Source: Eledone cirrhosa
Taxonomy: Eukaryota
Direction: 5' to 3'
DNA length: 64,000 nt
Assembly: GCA_964016885.1 (NCBI GenBank)
Contig: OZ024742.1
Span: forward strand, 377,580,001-377,644,000
A program made the translations under genes and the position numbers. Shown here one piece after another: positions 1-13,078 of this stretch (position 1 is its first letter; each line of letters opens with the position of its first letter). The notes below the pieces were generated by a model. It was not told the origin of the DNA, made no database searches, and saw nothing but the letters and a program-made list of their open reading frames with translations.

Positions 1-925
1 TATGTGGAATAACCTATGGTTTATGCTTTAAATATATTCTTAAGATAAAACTTTTTAAAATTTTAACTTTATAGCAAGTAAATTTATGACTTCGTATAAA
101 ATAACATATGGTTCATGTTTTAATTATATTTTTAAGATAAAATTTTTTAACTTTTTAACCTTATAACATTTAATCCTTGGAGTCATTTGAGATCTTAAAA
201 AAATCACTTCTAACTTCCTTTACACTTCCTTACGGTTTTTAGAATATAATTAAGTGGTTATTCCTTTGTAATCTCTCGTAAAATTTTCATAAATTTAAAA
301 TTATTTGGATGTTTAAATTTTGACTTACAACTTTTAATAAAATAAACTATACTAGATTTTCTCTAATGTAAAATACTATATATTTATTTAAATAATTTAT
401 TATCCTTAACATACACATTTAAACTAATTATTAATATTAAATTATTAAATTAAATCTTTAATATTAAGGCAAATTTTAATCTTTAATTTTGATTTCTAAT
501 TTTAATCTTAATCTAATTTTTTAACCTATCATTATAAGTATCTTTTCAAAACGTAATGAACCCTGCATTATAAATATTATTCTTTCACTTAGATATACTT
601 ACGCTGTGTATATTTATCCTTTAAAATTTATTTCTTCATGCACTCTATCTTCACTATCAATATATATAATCGATTTTTCTTTCCTCTTCTATCTTTCTCT
701 TTCCTTTTTCTTTTTTTTCTCTCTCCCTTACATATCATCTTCTTCCAACAGTTTAATTTAAATAAACTGTTACCTTTTCAACCTTTCGGACACTCATTTG
801 CATACCCACTCATAATTTTATATTACCCTCAATAAATGTACAATCTCCACTATCCAGGAAGTTCCAACCGTTAAGGTTGTCTTTTTTTTCCGGGTATGTC
901 AATATTTATTTATAAACCAAATCTG

Positions 926-991
926 TATTTTCTCTGATGAAAGCGCACCATAATTTACCTTGGTTGCCCGTGAAATATGTATAATAAAATA
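926..991 (+). ncRNA. Type I hammerhead ribozyme, partly degenerate (same family as 56375-56437)
   Basis: tattttct CTGATGA aagcgcacca...tggttgcccgt GAAA tatgta TA ataaaata; stems I and II imperfect; flanks align by eye to the 56375 copy. Confidence 0.6.
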
Positions 992-1031
992 AATATGGTT
1001 TTATAAATATAGTTTCCATTTATTAATATAT

Positions 1032-1073
<42 letters not shown>

Positions 1074-1519
1074 ATTATTACTGTGCTCAGATGAAAAGTT
1101 TGTTGGTTATGTTCGGTGAAAACTCATTAGAATGATGATGTATATATAGATGTATAAACACATACACATACACACACTTATATATGTTGATGTATGCAAA
1201 TATATATTTCTTGAGAGATATTTATGTGGATATAACGATCTAAATTAATGCATTCACACAGCCATACATATATAGAGATATGTGTATATACATGCATGCC
1301 CGTTTGTCTTATGTATATATGTATGCATATGTGTATAATACATATATACATATATATATATATGTATGTATGTATATATGTATGGTATGTATGTATGTAT
1401 CAATGTATATATATACGTATATATATGGCTGTATGTATGTATATATGTATGAATGTATGTTTTTATGTAACTATACATATATGTATGCATATAAATATGT
1501 ATGTGTTTATGTATCTATG

Positions 1520-1554
<35 letters not shown>

Positions 1555-1570
1555 GTTTATGTAACTATGT

Positions 1571-1602
<32 letters not shown>

Positions 1603-1763
1603 TTATATATATGTCTATATATATATAGGCATATATGTATGTATCTATGTATGTATATATATGTATGTACGTATGTATATATATATATGTAATGAATGAA
1701 GGAATAGGGTAAATATTACTGTATTCTGATCAATCAATTGAGACCTGTACGGAGGCTATACGG

Positions 1764-1863
<100 letters not shown>

Positions 1864-2475
1864 ATGTATGTATGAATTAGAACATATATATTTTAAAAGT
1901 AGTTCTTTCAAATTTAATTTTGATTCTGAAGTATTTTCAAGAGAATGAAGTTTGCTGCTAATTGGGAATAATTTAAGACATAAATATCCTTCATTACATT
2001 TCTACATCTCAAATATCAGATTTGCCTCTAACGTAATTATAGGTCCCACCATTGCTTCAGCTTTCAAACACCAGCCCCCACTCTCCCCACCTCTTTCAAG
2101 TGGTTTATATCTTTATTTCAGTTGCTCTGTGTGTGTTTGTGTTTGTGTGTGTCAATATATTTTGGCTGTCAATAAGTCAATAAGTATAAATACATACATA
2201 TAAGCATGTATACATAAACACACACAGACATATATATAACAACATACATATATACGTGTATACATACATAGTTACATAACTACATACATATATACATCAA
2301 TATGTACATACACACCTTGTGTTATTGCATCTCCGTATTCGTGTTGTTTTTATCTTATAATATATATATATATATATATAAAAGGAAAGCACAGAAAAGG
2401 GACAGTCCCCTCTTCAGTTGTCTATTGGAGGTCACCGACATTTCCTTTTATTTCTAAATACACTCTATCAAGTAA

Positions 2476-2583
<108 letters not shown>

Positions 2584-2895
2584 ACATGCACACGCACATA
2601 TATGTATATATACACATAAGAAGATCCAGTTACTACGGCATCAATGTCCCAGATATGGGGGCGATATGGATTCCTAACTAAGTTGGGTATATGTGTATTC
2701 CCGTGAAAGATCCTCCGTGATTAAGAGGCCTAACATTTGGAACGATCGTGCAGTCTCCAGTGGCACACATCTCTATACTAAGGAAGGAGAGCTGCAGTGA
2801 TGTTTTCTTGGGATGTCAATCTCGTCTCTAGAAATATGTGAGATTAACTCGATCTCATTAGAGCATGTCTTCGATGTCTCTGTTTATGGAATTAG

Positions 2896-3084
2896 TTGTT
2901 TCTACTTTTGGCACAAGGCCAGCAATTACCCAGTGCATTACTGGTTCTTTATTTTATCGACCCCGTAAGGATGAAAGGCAAAGTTAACTTCGGCAGGATT
3001 TAAACTCAGATCATAAAGGGAAGTAACTCTATGCATCAGAGCATGGCGCCCGACCTTCTACCGATGCTGCCAAACCACCGCCTT
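2896..3084 (-). mobile_element. tRNA-derived SINE with Deu/Nin-like central domain
   Basis: Reverse complement contains gcctttcatccttacggggtcgataaaataaag..ccag and ends ggccttgtgccaaaagtagaaaca; many copies in the window. Confidence 0.8.
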
Positions 3085-3085
3085 T

Positions 3086-5090
3086 TATGCACGAGCGAAA
3101 TTGCACAGCAAACACATGATGGGAGAGAGAAAATCCTCAACGCTCACATGATGATGTGGACCGACATCTTAGAGCCAAGCAGACGCACTGCCAACAACTT
3201 CCAGGCGTCTAACAATGGCATACCACGATTGTATGGGCTCCGCAAAGACCACAAGACAGTCGACGACCCGACAACAGGACCACCAACAAGACCAGTATGC
3301 GGAGCAAATATAGCTAGCAACTACAGGATCTCCTTCTTCCTCTCAATGGTTATACGCCTCATAATCAAGATGTCCCCAGATGTATGTGACAGTACAGAGG
3401 ACCTCCTCAGCAGAATCAGTGAGTGCAACAAAAACAGGAACCTATCCAACTGCATAATAGGCAGCATGGATGTGGTATCACTGTACCCATCCATTAACAT
3501 TGATTTTGCTGTGGAAAAATGTGTGGAGATGATCATTGAGAGTGAGGTGGTGTTCTGCGACGTCGACACAGACGAACTGGGCCTCCTACTTAGACTTACC
3601 TACGACACTGACTACCTAGATAGCCATGACCTTAGACGTTTCGGCCCTAGTAGACCCATAAGAGGTAGACCCCCCACCATAACCTCAATAGCTAAAAAGA
3701 CTCCCATGGGAAGGTGGATTGGGTGGACCAAAACTATACGGACCCCCCAAAACAATGATCAGGTGAGAAAAATGGTCGCACATGCAATAGGGGCTAGTAT
3801 CAAAACTACCCTAAAGGGCCACATATTCAAATTCAACGAGAAGGTCTACACCCAAAATGAGGGAGCAGCCATTGGCGTCAGCATAGCTGGTGATGTTGCC
3901 AACCTTTTTATGGTATGGTGGGAAAGGAGACTTAAATATCTCCTTAATGAGAGCTCCATAGACCTCATCATGTACTCTCGTTACGTAGACGATATCAATA
4001 TATTTATAACAACATCCCCACTAGAGAGCACTAACAAGTTTGATTTAGAACGGAGCACAATGGAAAGCATCCAGCAGATAGCTAATTTCATACACCAGAG
4101 TATAACTGTAACTATCGACTACCCTTCCAAACACCCTAACAATAGACTACATGTATTAGACACGGAACTCTGGATTAACACTATAGACGATAGAGCCCAA
4201 ATCCTCCACTCACACTATGCTAAACCCATGGCCTCCAAATACCTGATACTCAAAAACTCAGCAATGTCCAGTAGTGCTAAGTTTAATATTATGATCGCAG
4301 ATTTGGTACGAGTGATGAAGAATGTGTCCCGCATGTGCGACCCAACAGAAATGGAAAGACACATCCAACACTTCATCAACCGCATGCAGTTCTCTGGCTA
4401 CAACCAAAGAGACAGAGTCAGAGTATACGAAGGAGCCATGGAGAAGTATAAGACCCTCATAGAAATGGACATGAAAGGAATTTGCCCATTATACAGGAGT
4501 AAATCATGGAATAGCTTAGATAGGGCTAGACATAAGATAAGGAAAGCCACCTCATGGTACGACAACCAGAGATACCAGAGTGTCATGTTTGTGGACGCTA
4601 CCCCTGGAGGGAAATTAGCTAACCAGTGTAGAAAGGCCCTGAGAAAGACCCACTTAAAGATTAAGGTGGTAGAAAAGCCAGGAACCACCATAAAATACCT
4701 GATCAGCAAAACCTACCCTTTTAAGAAAACCCACTGTACTAATAGGAAATGTATCATATGTAAAGTAAACCACCGGATAAACTGTAAAACTAGAAACGTA
4801 GTCTATAGCATAAGATGTACAGAGGGTACTTGCAGAAATATGACAACAACACACATAGGCGAGACAGCTCGTAGCATAGGTGAAAGGATAGACCAACACT
4901 GGGGGAACTAAAAGGACGAAAAAACGGGTCAGTACTATACGAACATGCCAGACAACAACACGACGGTTACATAGACAACATACAAATTAGAATAATATCT
5001 AAACATAGAAATGACCCAGCAGATAGGAAAATCAGAGAGGCCAGCGAAATAGAACTTAGAAGGCCAAGGCTAAACAGAAAGAATGAATGG
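3086..5090 (+). pseudogene. PLE reverse transcriptase / GIY-YIG endonuclease, disrupted
   Basis: Motifs PRLYGLRKDHK, TRPVC, SMDVVSLYPSI, GAAIG, YSRYVDD, CIIC, VVYSIRC...HIGETARS; after the stop at 4909-4911 another frame continues SVLYEHARQQH...IREASEI...LNRKNEW; first ~19 aa of the listed ORF come from the SINE. Confidence 0.85.
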
Positions 5091-5395
5091 AATAACAACA
5101 ACACCCAAACAAACAACACTCACCTAAGAGAAGTATAAATAAATAAATAGATAATTAAATAAATAAATACATACACAAGCACAATAACAACAAACACATA
5201 TAAACACACACTAGTAAAGATAGAATACATTAACCAATACACAGTCACCCAATCACGAACACACATCAAACAAAACACTATACACACACGCAAACGCATG
5301 CGCAAAGACAAAATAAAATAAACAAATAAATAAATATATAAACAGACTAAATAAAGATGGCGTAGAAAATACATTGTAACGGGAGGAAACAATAG

Positions 5396-5440
5396 CACCA
5401 CTGACGATGTTGCAGATGTGCAACGAAAGAACTTTGATAG
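5396..5440 (+). ncRNA. Hammerhead-like motif in PLE 3' UTR (weak stem I)
   Basis: CTGACGA t gttgca gatg tgcaac GAAAG aa CTT; same layout as 41947-41991. Confidence 0.6.
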
Positions 5441-5639
5441 ACTATATATATGTGTTTGTGTCTATATTGTATCTGTATTATTTTTGACCGATGGTTAGTC
5501 AATGGCAACATTGAGGACCGAATAAATTAGATTACCGATATAAAAGACACAGAAGCGAAAAGCGAAAACCAACCAAACAGTGAATGTGTTATGTTATTAA
5601 TTCTGGCAATATTACACAAATATGACCCTCCCCAAGTAT

Positions 5640-5690
<51 letters not shown>

Positions 5691-5837
5691 CACAGTAAGG
5701 TACGCAATACATTAGTAGACTGTAAACATCTAGTTTAATATAGAAATGGCATCTACAGGAATAGAACTGTTTCATTCAAACGAAATCATGTATGAAACAG
5801 TTCTAGTCCTGTATATAAATATACGAAACAAAGTATC

Positions 5838-6385
5838 ATGAAACTTGAAGCTCCTCAAAGGGCAATCACGAAAAAGATAGATGGCATGTCAGACCTTGAC
5901 TACTGGGGTCGATTGGAAAACCTGAAACTTTACTCACTCCAACGTCGCCGTGAGCGTTATATTATCTGCATGATGTGGAAAATGTTCCATCATCACTGCC
6001 CAAATGATGTTGGCATCGCCTTCAAGATACACCCAAGGCTTGGGCCCCGTGCTATCCGTCCCATTCAAAAATCTAAATCGCAACTCATAACAACAATACG
6101 GCACAATTATTTCACCTCAATCGGCCCTGCTCTCTTCAACATCACACCAGGACACGTCAAAACAGAAACTGACCACACAAAATTCAAGAAGTCTTTGGAC
6201 AAATTCCTCCAAGTAATCCCGGACTAACCACCCACACCCGGATATGTCTCCGCAAACAGTAATTCTCTTCTCGAATGGGCCATGGTGCCCAAATCCTGAA
6301 TTGAAAGACTTCGCCAGGTGGTGCTATTAAGTTAGACATGGCCTGGGCCAATACTGGCCAAAACATTTCAAAGTTATTCAAAGTT
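5838..6385 (+). mobile_element. 3' fragment of CR1-group LINE
   Basis: LEAPQRAITKKI...YWGRLENLKLYSLQRRRERY...FKKSLDKFL is a typical ORF2 C-terminus; short tandem tail ttcaaagtta x2. Confidence 0.75.
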
Positions 6386-6449
6386 ATATATATATAGTAA
6401 TAATAATAAATTTGAAGCACCGATTCTTTGCTTAAACTTTAATCTGTTA

Positions 6450-6534
<85 letters not shown>

Positions 6535-6619
6535 GTGTGTAAAAGGTAAACAGAAATAATATCGGTACAGTATATGGAAGGGATATATTAGGTTAACGCT
6601 TGAAATAGCAGGAAGTGGG

Positions 6620-6655
6620 TCTTAACGTTTCGGACGCTAGTCCTTTGTCAGAAGA
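6620..6655 (-). ncRNA. Minimal hammerhead with one core mutation
   Basis: Minus strand: tctt CTGACAA a ggac tagc gtcc GAAAC GTT aaga (CUGANGA changed to CUGACAA). Confidence 0.6.
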
Positions 6656-7136
6656 AACAATGAGAAATAAGATAGATTGAGGTGACGGGTTGGAAGCAGT
6701 ATTCAATGGCGATAGGTAGAGTAGGGTGTATTAAGAACATGTCTGTTCACAAATCTCTATTCTAGTAGCGACGTATATTTGAAAGTAGAGAAGACATTCT
6801 CAGTAAGTTATATCACAATAGAGGATGTAAATGTTACAGTGTTGTTAGCTTTTATGTGGGAACAATACAACTGCACATAACATATCCACGTGTATTTACT
6901 TAATATTTTATGTCCAGCTTGTATTACTCTCATATAAAATACTACCAGTGGTACCCGGCGTTACAGGGGATAAGGTATTTTGGAACGCGGGCCGCCAACA
7001 TACCTAATCGTGGAAAAACTGCATGCCTGGACAATAAACCGAAAAAAGCCCCAAAAAGCTGAAAAAATGAAGTTTTTCATCTATAGGATATATATAAAGT
7101 GACAATAAGAATTGTAGCTTTTTGTGAAATTTTATT

Positions 7137-7224
7137 TCATATTACAATTGTTTCTATATCGATCAGTTCGGGTTTGATCAGGCGATAAGATCCCGACTCT
7201 TAATCGATACTTCTTCAGATATGA
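7137..7224 (-). ncRNA. Type I hammerhead with extended stem II
   Basis: Minus strand: tcatat CTGAAGA ag tatcgatt...tcggg...cccga...gatcgata ta GAAAC aatt GTA atatga; 6-bp stem I, palindromic stem III ACAATTGT. Confidence 0.85.
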
Positions 7225-7416
7225 GAGTTAACATGGTTGGCCCTATCCTAACAATTTGGATAGGACCACCCATGTTAACTCCCATATCCTGCAAACTACA
7301 ACCACCTTAAACCTGGAGTACAACTCAACAAGAGACGGACCCGTAACAGCATCGAATGCTTCGACCAGCGTCGCCGCTACTAACCACAAGTTACTCACAT
7401 AATAACAACACACACA

Positions 7417-7573
<157 letters not shown>

Positions 7574-7740
7574 CATATATATTAAGTCGTTTACCAATGA
7601 GTAGAACTGGTGGTTCGAGTTGGTAAATGATGATGCAAACAATTAATTAAACCACTCAATGTCATGTAAATCATCCATCGTAGATGTGGTATCTAGTGGT
7701 TGTGCAGGCATAGTGTTGTTTTGTTATCTTTCTTCAATAC

Positions 7741-9020
7741 GATGTGGTTTGTTAATGTCACAGAATCTACCTATCATACAAGATGTCGGTTGTTAATGTC
7801 ACAGAATCTACCTATCATACAAGATGTCGGTTGTTAATGTCACAGAATCTACCTGTGACACAAGATGTGGTTTGTTAACGTCACAGAATCTACCTGTGAC
7901 ACAAGATGTGGTTTGTTAATGTCACAGAATCTACCAGTGACACAAGATGTGGTTTGTTAACGTCACAGAATCTACCTGTGACACAAGATGTGGTTTGTTA
8001 ATGTCACAGAATCTACCTGTGACACAAGATGTGGTTTGTTAATGTCACAGAATCTACCTATGACACAAGATGTGGTTTGTTAATGTCACAGAATCTACCT
8101 ATGACACAAGATGTCGGTTGTTAATGTCACAGAATCTACCTATGACACAAGATGTCGGTTGTTAATGTCACAGAATCTACTTGTCACACAAGATGTGGGT
8201 TGATAATGTCACAGAATCTACCTATCACACAAGATGTGGTTTCGTAATGTCACAGAATCTACCTATGACACAAGATGTGGTTTCTTAATGTCACAGAATC
8301 TACCTATGACACAAGACCAGGTTTGTTAATGTCACAAACTACATTGGAGTGACACAAGACCAGGTTTGTTAATGTCACAAACTCTATTGGAGTGACACAA
8401 GACCAGGTTTGTTAATGTCACAAACTACATTGGAGTGACACAAGACCAGGTTTGTTAATGTGACAAATTCTATTGGAGTGACACAAGACCAGGTTTGTTA
8501 ATGTCACAAACGAGTGACACAAGATCAGGTTTGTTAATGTCACAAACTACATTGGAGTGACACAAGACCAAGTTTGTTAATGTCACACACTACATTAGAG
8601 TGACACGACACCAGGTTTGTTAATGTCACAAACTACATTGGAGTGACACAAGACCAAGTTTGTTAATGTCACACACTACATTAGAGTGACACGACACCAG
8701 GTTTGTTAATGTCACAAACTACATTGGAGTGACACGACACCAGGTTTGTTAATGTCACAAATTCTATTGGAATGACACAAGACCAGGTTTGTTAATGTCA
8801 CAAACTCTATTGGAGTGACACAAGACCAAGTTTGTTAATGTCACACACTACATTAGAGTGACACGACACCAGGTTTGTTAATATCACAAACTACATTGGA
8901 GTGACACGACACCAGGTTTGTTAATGTCACAAACTACATTGGAGTGACACGACACCAGGTTTGTTAATATCACAAACTACATTGGAGTGACACGACACCA
9001 GGTTTGTTAATGTCACAAAT
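7741..9020. repeat. Compound minisatellite: 41-bp units switching to related 43-bp units near 8315
   Basis: gatgtggtttgttaatgtcacagaatctacctatgacacaa then gaccaggtttgttaatgtcacaaactacattggagtgacacaa. Confidence 0.95.
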
Positions 9021-9174
9021 TCTTAGAATCAGGTCACATATACAAATGACAATTCTTCCAATGTCTATAGAAGTATTCCAAGAACTAATGTCTTTCATTC
9101 TGACAAACTTCAGCTAAATATTCTTATACCGTATAATTCGCACGCAACATTCGAACAGATTTTTAAATTCTTTT

Positions 9175-9420
9175 TGTTCTTGTTACTGCTGTTATTGTTT
9201 TTGTTGTTGTTTTTGTTGTTGACTTTGTTGTTGTGCTACTGTTTTTGTTCTTGCTGCTGCTTTTGTACTTTGTTGTGCATGTTTTTGTTGTTGTTGTTGT
9301 TATTGTTTTTGTTGTTGTTGTTGTTATTGTTATTGTTGTTGTTGGTGGTGTTGTTGTTATTGTTGATGTTGTTGTTGGTGGTGTTGGTGGTGTTGTTGAT
9401 GTTGCGACTTTTGCTGCTGC
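9175..9420. repeat. Degenerate (TTG)n microsatellite
   Basis: Direct reading. Confidence 0.9.
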
Positions 9421-9498
9421 AGTTGAGATTTGCTTTGAATTTTCGTTTGTAATTTTTCTTTTATATTTTCTTATCTATGTATGCATACATACATATAT

Positions 9499-10190
<692 letters not shown>

Positions 10191-11013
10191 GTCAATTATA
10201 CGACAAACACTGCCACTGCTGAATACTTACGTAAGCATAGCTTTACATATTTATTGTAAAACGTATAAAAAAAACAACTTTGACATTCATACGTTTACTG
10301 TAAACATATGTTGAATTAACTTTTACTGTGAATCGAAAATAACAAGCAGGTTTGGTTTATGACGTAAAGCAGACCAGTTATTCAACGGCTGACATATTGA
10401 GTTGGTTGTTTGGACGTTGAGATGAGGAGTTGCTAGCCCTTTAGATTACCGAGGTATTTGTTTCACGGAGGAAGTGTGGACTGCAAATTGTTGCTAACGA
10501 GGCTCTGGGGGAGAGAGGGAGAAAGAGAGAGAGAGAGTGGGGGAGAGTGGGGGAGGGAGAGATAGTATGTGTATGTGTGAGTGAGACAGAGTAAGAGACG
10601 AGGGCGGAGAGAAGAAGAGAAGGAGAGAAAACATCATTGACCAAAGGTCTTAATGAAGCTTTATAAATAGATCACGGAACAAGGAAGGGTACATTTGACC
10701 TAAGTGAAGGATTTAAACTTGAAATGTAAAGTACCAGAACAATTACTAATTACCAATATATTTGTTGGACGCTGTACCAATTCCGGTAATGAACCTCCTT
10801 ACCGAGAGTTACCTCCTCATTAATTAATTACCAGTCATATTTCTTCTATAGATTTATTTTGTTTTCAAGTGTTTAGAATTCAGTGAACTGTTGACACTAT
10901 GTATGACAAGGCTGGCCTGTTGGATTACAATTATAGTCCATCTGACGGGCTTCCAAACAGTTTCCGTCTACCCTGTCTCCCTAACAGGGGATAGACTGAC
11001 CTGAGGCTATGGT

Positions 11014-11238
11014 TGTTGTTGTTGTTGTTACAGCTCACACCTATGCAGGTTGGAGGTGTCTTGGATGATTTTAATGATAGGGACCCCAGTCCTATCATCT
11101 CATTTTTACAGCTGAGTAAACTGGAGCCACGTGAAATTAAGTGGCTTGCTCAAGGAAACAACACATCACCTGGTCTGAGAATTGAACTCACAACCTTTCG
11201 ATTGCAAGCCCAATGCTCTAACCATTAAGCCGTGCGCC
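11014..11238 (-). mobile_element. tRNA-derived (CORE/MIR-like) SINE with (CAA)n tail, flanked by a 142-bp direct duplication
   Basis: Minus strand starts with A-box tggttagagcattgg and B-box gagttcaattc, then ccttgagcaagccacttaa; duplicates at 10872-11013 and 11239-11380. Confidence 0.75.
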
Positions 11239-11429
11239 TTTAGAATTCAGTGAACTGTTGACACTATGTATGACAAGGCTGGCCTGTTGGATTACAATTA
11301 TAGTCCATCTGACGGGCTTCCAAACAGTTTCCGTCTACCTTGTCCCCATAACAAGGGATAGACTGAGCTGAGGCTATGGTAAATTACACTTAAGATTCCA
11401 CACAGTGAGCTCGAACCCTAGGCCTGATG

Positions 11430-11910
11430 ATCGGCAGATAGAATGGAGAAAGCGTTTCCCAGGAAGATGGCAAAGCCATTCCAACTCAGGAGGCTCACAC
11501 CTGCGGCTGGCCAGCTCAGCGCCTATGGTGGTGAGTAGGGAGGTAGCCCTAGGGCCGAGGACACCAGAAGTCTCCACCACCAAGGGCAACACCACAAACC
11601 TGTCGAGAGCGACCGGTATTTGGAGAGTTTAGCCTCCTCAGAGCCCGGGTTAGTCGCAGACTGCACCAGGTTGTGACTGGAGAAAGTGTCGGTGCAAGTG
11701 GCATCCCAGACGTGGGGTTTGTCACCACGGAACAGGAAGATGGTTATACCATCTAACTTTTTGCCGTCCTCTCGGTCCAGCCCAACCGGCTCGAGCTGGG
11801 AAGAGAAACCTGCAGCGTCCAAGCCATGCTTTATGACCTCGTTGAGGGCAGCATGGCGTGGAATGCGGCTGGCACTGTGGCGACAGGAAAGTGGGTGAAG
11901 GCCGAACTCT
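11430..11910 (-). pseudogene. CRE-like non-LTR retrotransposon C-terminus (restriction-like endonuclease), frameshifted
   Basis: RHAALNEVIK...LEPVGL...DGKKLDGITI...VWDATCTDT, then PLVVETSGVLGP in another frame. Confidence 0.75.
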
Positions 11911-12054
11911 AAATAACTTTTACCTCCGATATAAGTTAAGTTTCCTGTTTGTTCAGTAGACAAGACTCCTGTGTACTATAAATAGAATAAAACAAATTAA
12001 AGTTATTTTAATTTCTTTCGGAAAATTATTGGTTGTGTCAAATGGACATTCATC

Positions 12055-12370
12055 AGTTGCGGCGATGAGTGTTCCAGTTGTTTGATCAACGGAACAACCT
12101 ACTCAAGAAATCTACATTTAAATGGCTGAGCATTCCACCGACATGTGTACCCTTCATATAATTCTCAGGGAGATTCAATGTAACACAGTGTGTGACAAGG
12201 CTGGCACGTTAAATTACAGGTACAGCCCATCGAAAGGGCTTCCAAGTAGTCTCCATCTACCCAATTTCACTCCCAAGGCATAGGCTAAGCCCATGGTAGG
12301 TTATCCAAGATTCCATTAAATAGAATCGAGCCCTCGACCTAATCATTGCGAGGCAAACATATCGACCATA
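12055..12370 (-). mobile_element. Diverged SINE, related to 10890-11430 and 60550-60780
   Basis: Shared blocks gacaaggctggc, gggcttccaa, tgttccagttg. Confidence 0.55.
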
Positions 12371-12411
12371 TTGTGTATTATTTGTGTATGTGAAATAGAT
12401 ATGTAAATATG

Positions 12412-13078
12412 TCAGCAGCAACTACAGCGGCAGAAAGTGCAAGAGTAGAAACAGCAGCTGCAGCAGCAACTACAGCGGCAGAAAGTGCAATAGTACAAAC
12501 AGCAGATGCAGCAGCAACTACAGCAGCAGAATGTGCAATAGTAGAAACAGCAGCTGCAGCAGCAACTACAGCGGCAGAAAGTGCAATAGTAGAAACAGCA
12601 GATGCAGCAGCAACTACAGCGGCAGAAAGTGCAAGAGTAGAAACAGCAGATGCAGCAGCAACTACAGCGGCAGAAAGTGCAATAGTAGAAACAGCAGCTG
12701 CAGCAGCAACTACAGCGGCAGAAAGTGCAATAGTAGAAACAGCAGCTGCAGCAGCAACTACAGCGGCAGAAAGTGAAATAGTAGAAACAGCAGCTGCAGC
12801 AGCAACTACAGCGGCAGAAAGTGCAATAGTAGAAACATCAGATGCAGCAGCAACTACAGCGGCAGAAAGTGCAATAGTAGAAACAGCAGCTGCAGCAGCA
12901 ACTACAGCGGCAGAAAGTGCAATAGTAGAAACATCAGATGCAGCAGCAACTACAGCGGCAGAAAGTGCAATAGTAGAAACATCAGATGCAGCAGCAACTA
13001 CAGCGGCAGAAAGTGCAATAGTAGAAACAGCAGCTGCAGCAGCAACTACAGCGGCAGAAAGTGCAATAGTAGAAACAC
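12412..13078. repeat. 48-bp minisatellite, ~14 copies
   Basis: actacagcggcagaaagtgcaatagtagaaacagcagctgcagcagca; period 48 (12421 to 12469). Confidence 0.95.

Larger units (their letters stand above)
3086..5645 (+). mobile_element. 5'-truncated Penelope-like retroelement (possibly Neptune-like) with 3' UTR hammerhead
   Basis: RT + GIY-YIG coding region, non-coding tail with HHR-like motif near 5396, ends at (TA)n; clade is inference from the Cys-rich linker. Confidence 0.85.

Noticed and set aside
2415-2445. Minus-strand CTGAAGA plus ggga/tccc hairpin
   Set aside because: No GAAA or stem III follows; at most a truncated relic
6942-7080. Helentron-like start (tactaccagtggtacccggcgtt)
   Set aside because: No matching other end found; too little evidence
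7741-9020. CRISPR-like appearance of hairpin repeats
   Set aside because: Spacers are not unique, there are no cas genes, and the context is eukaryotic
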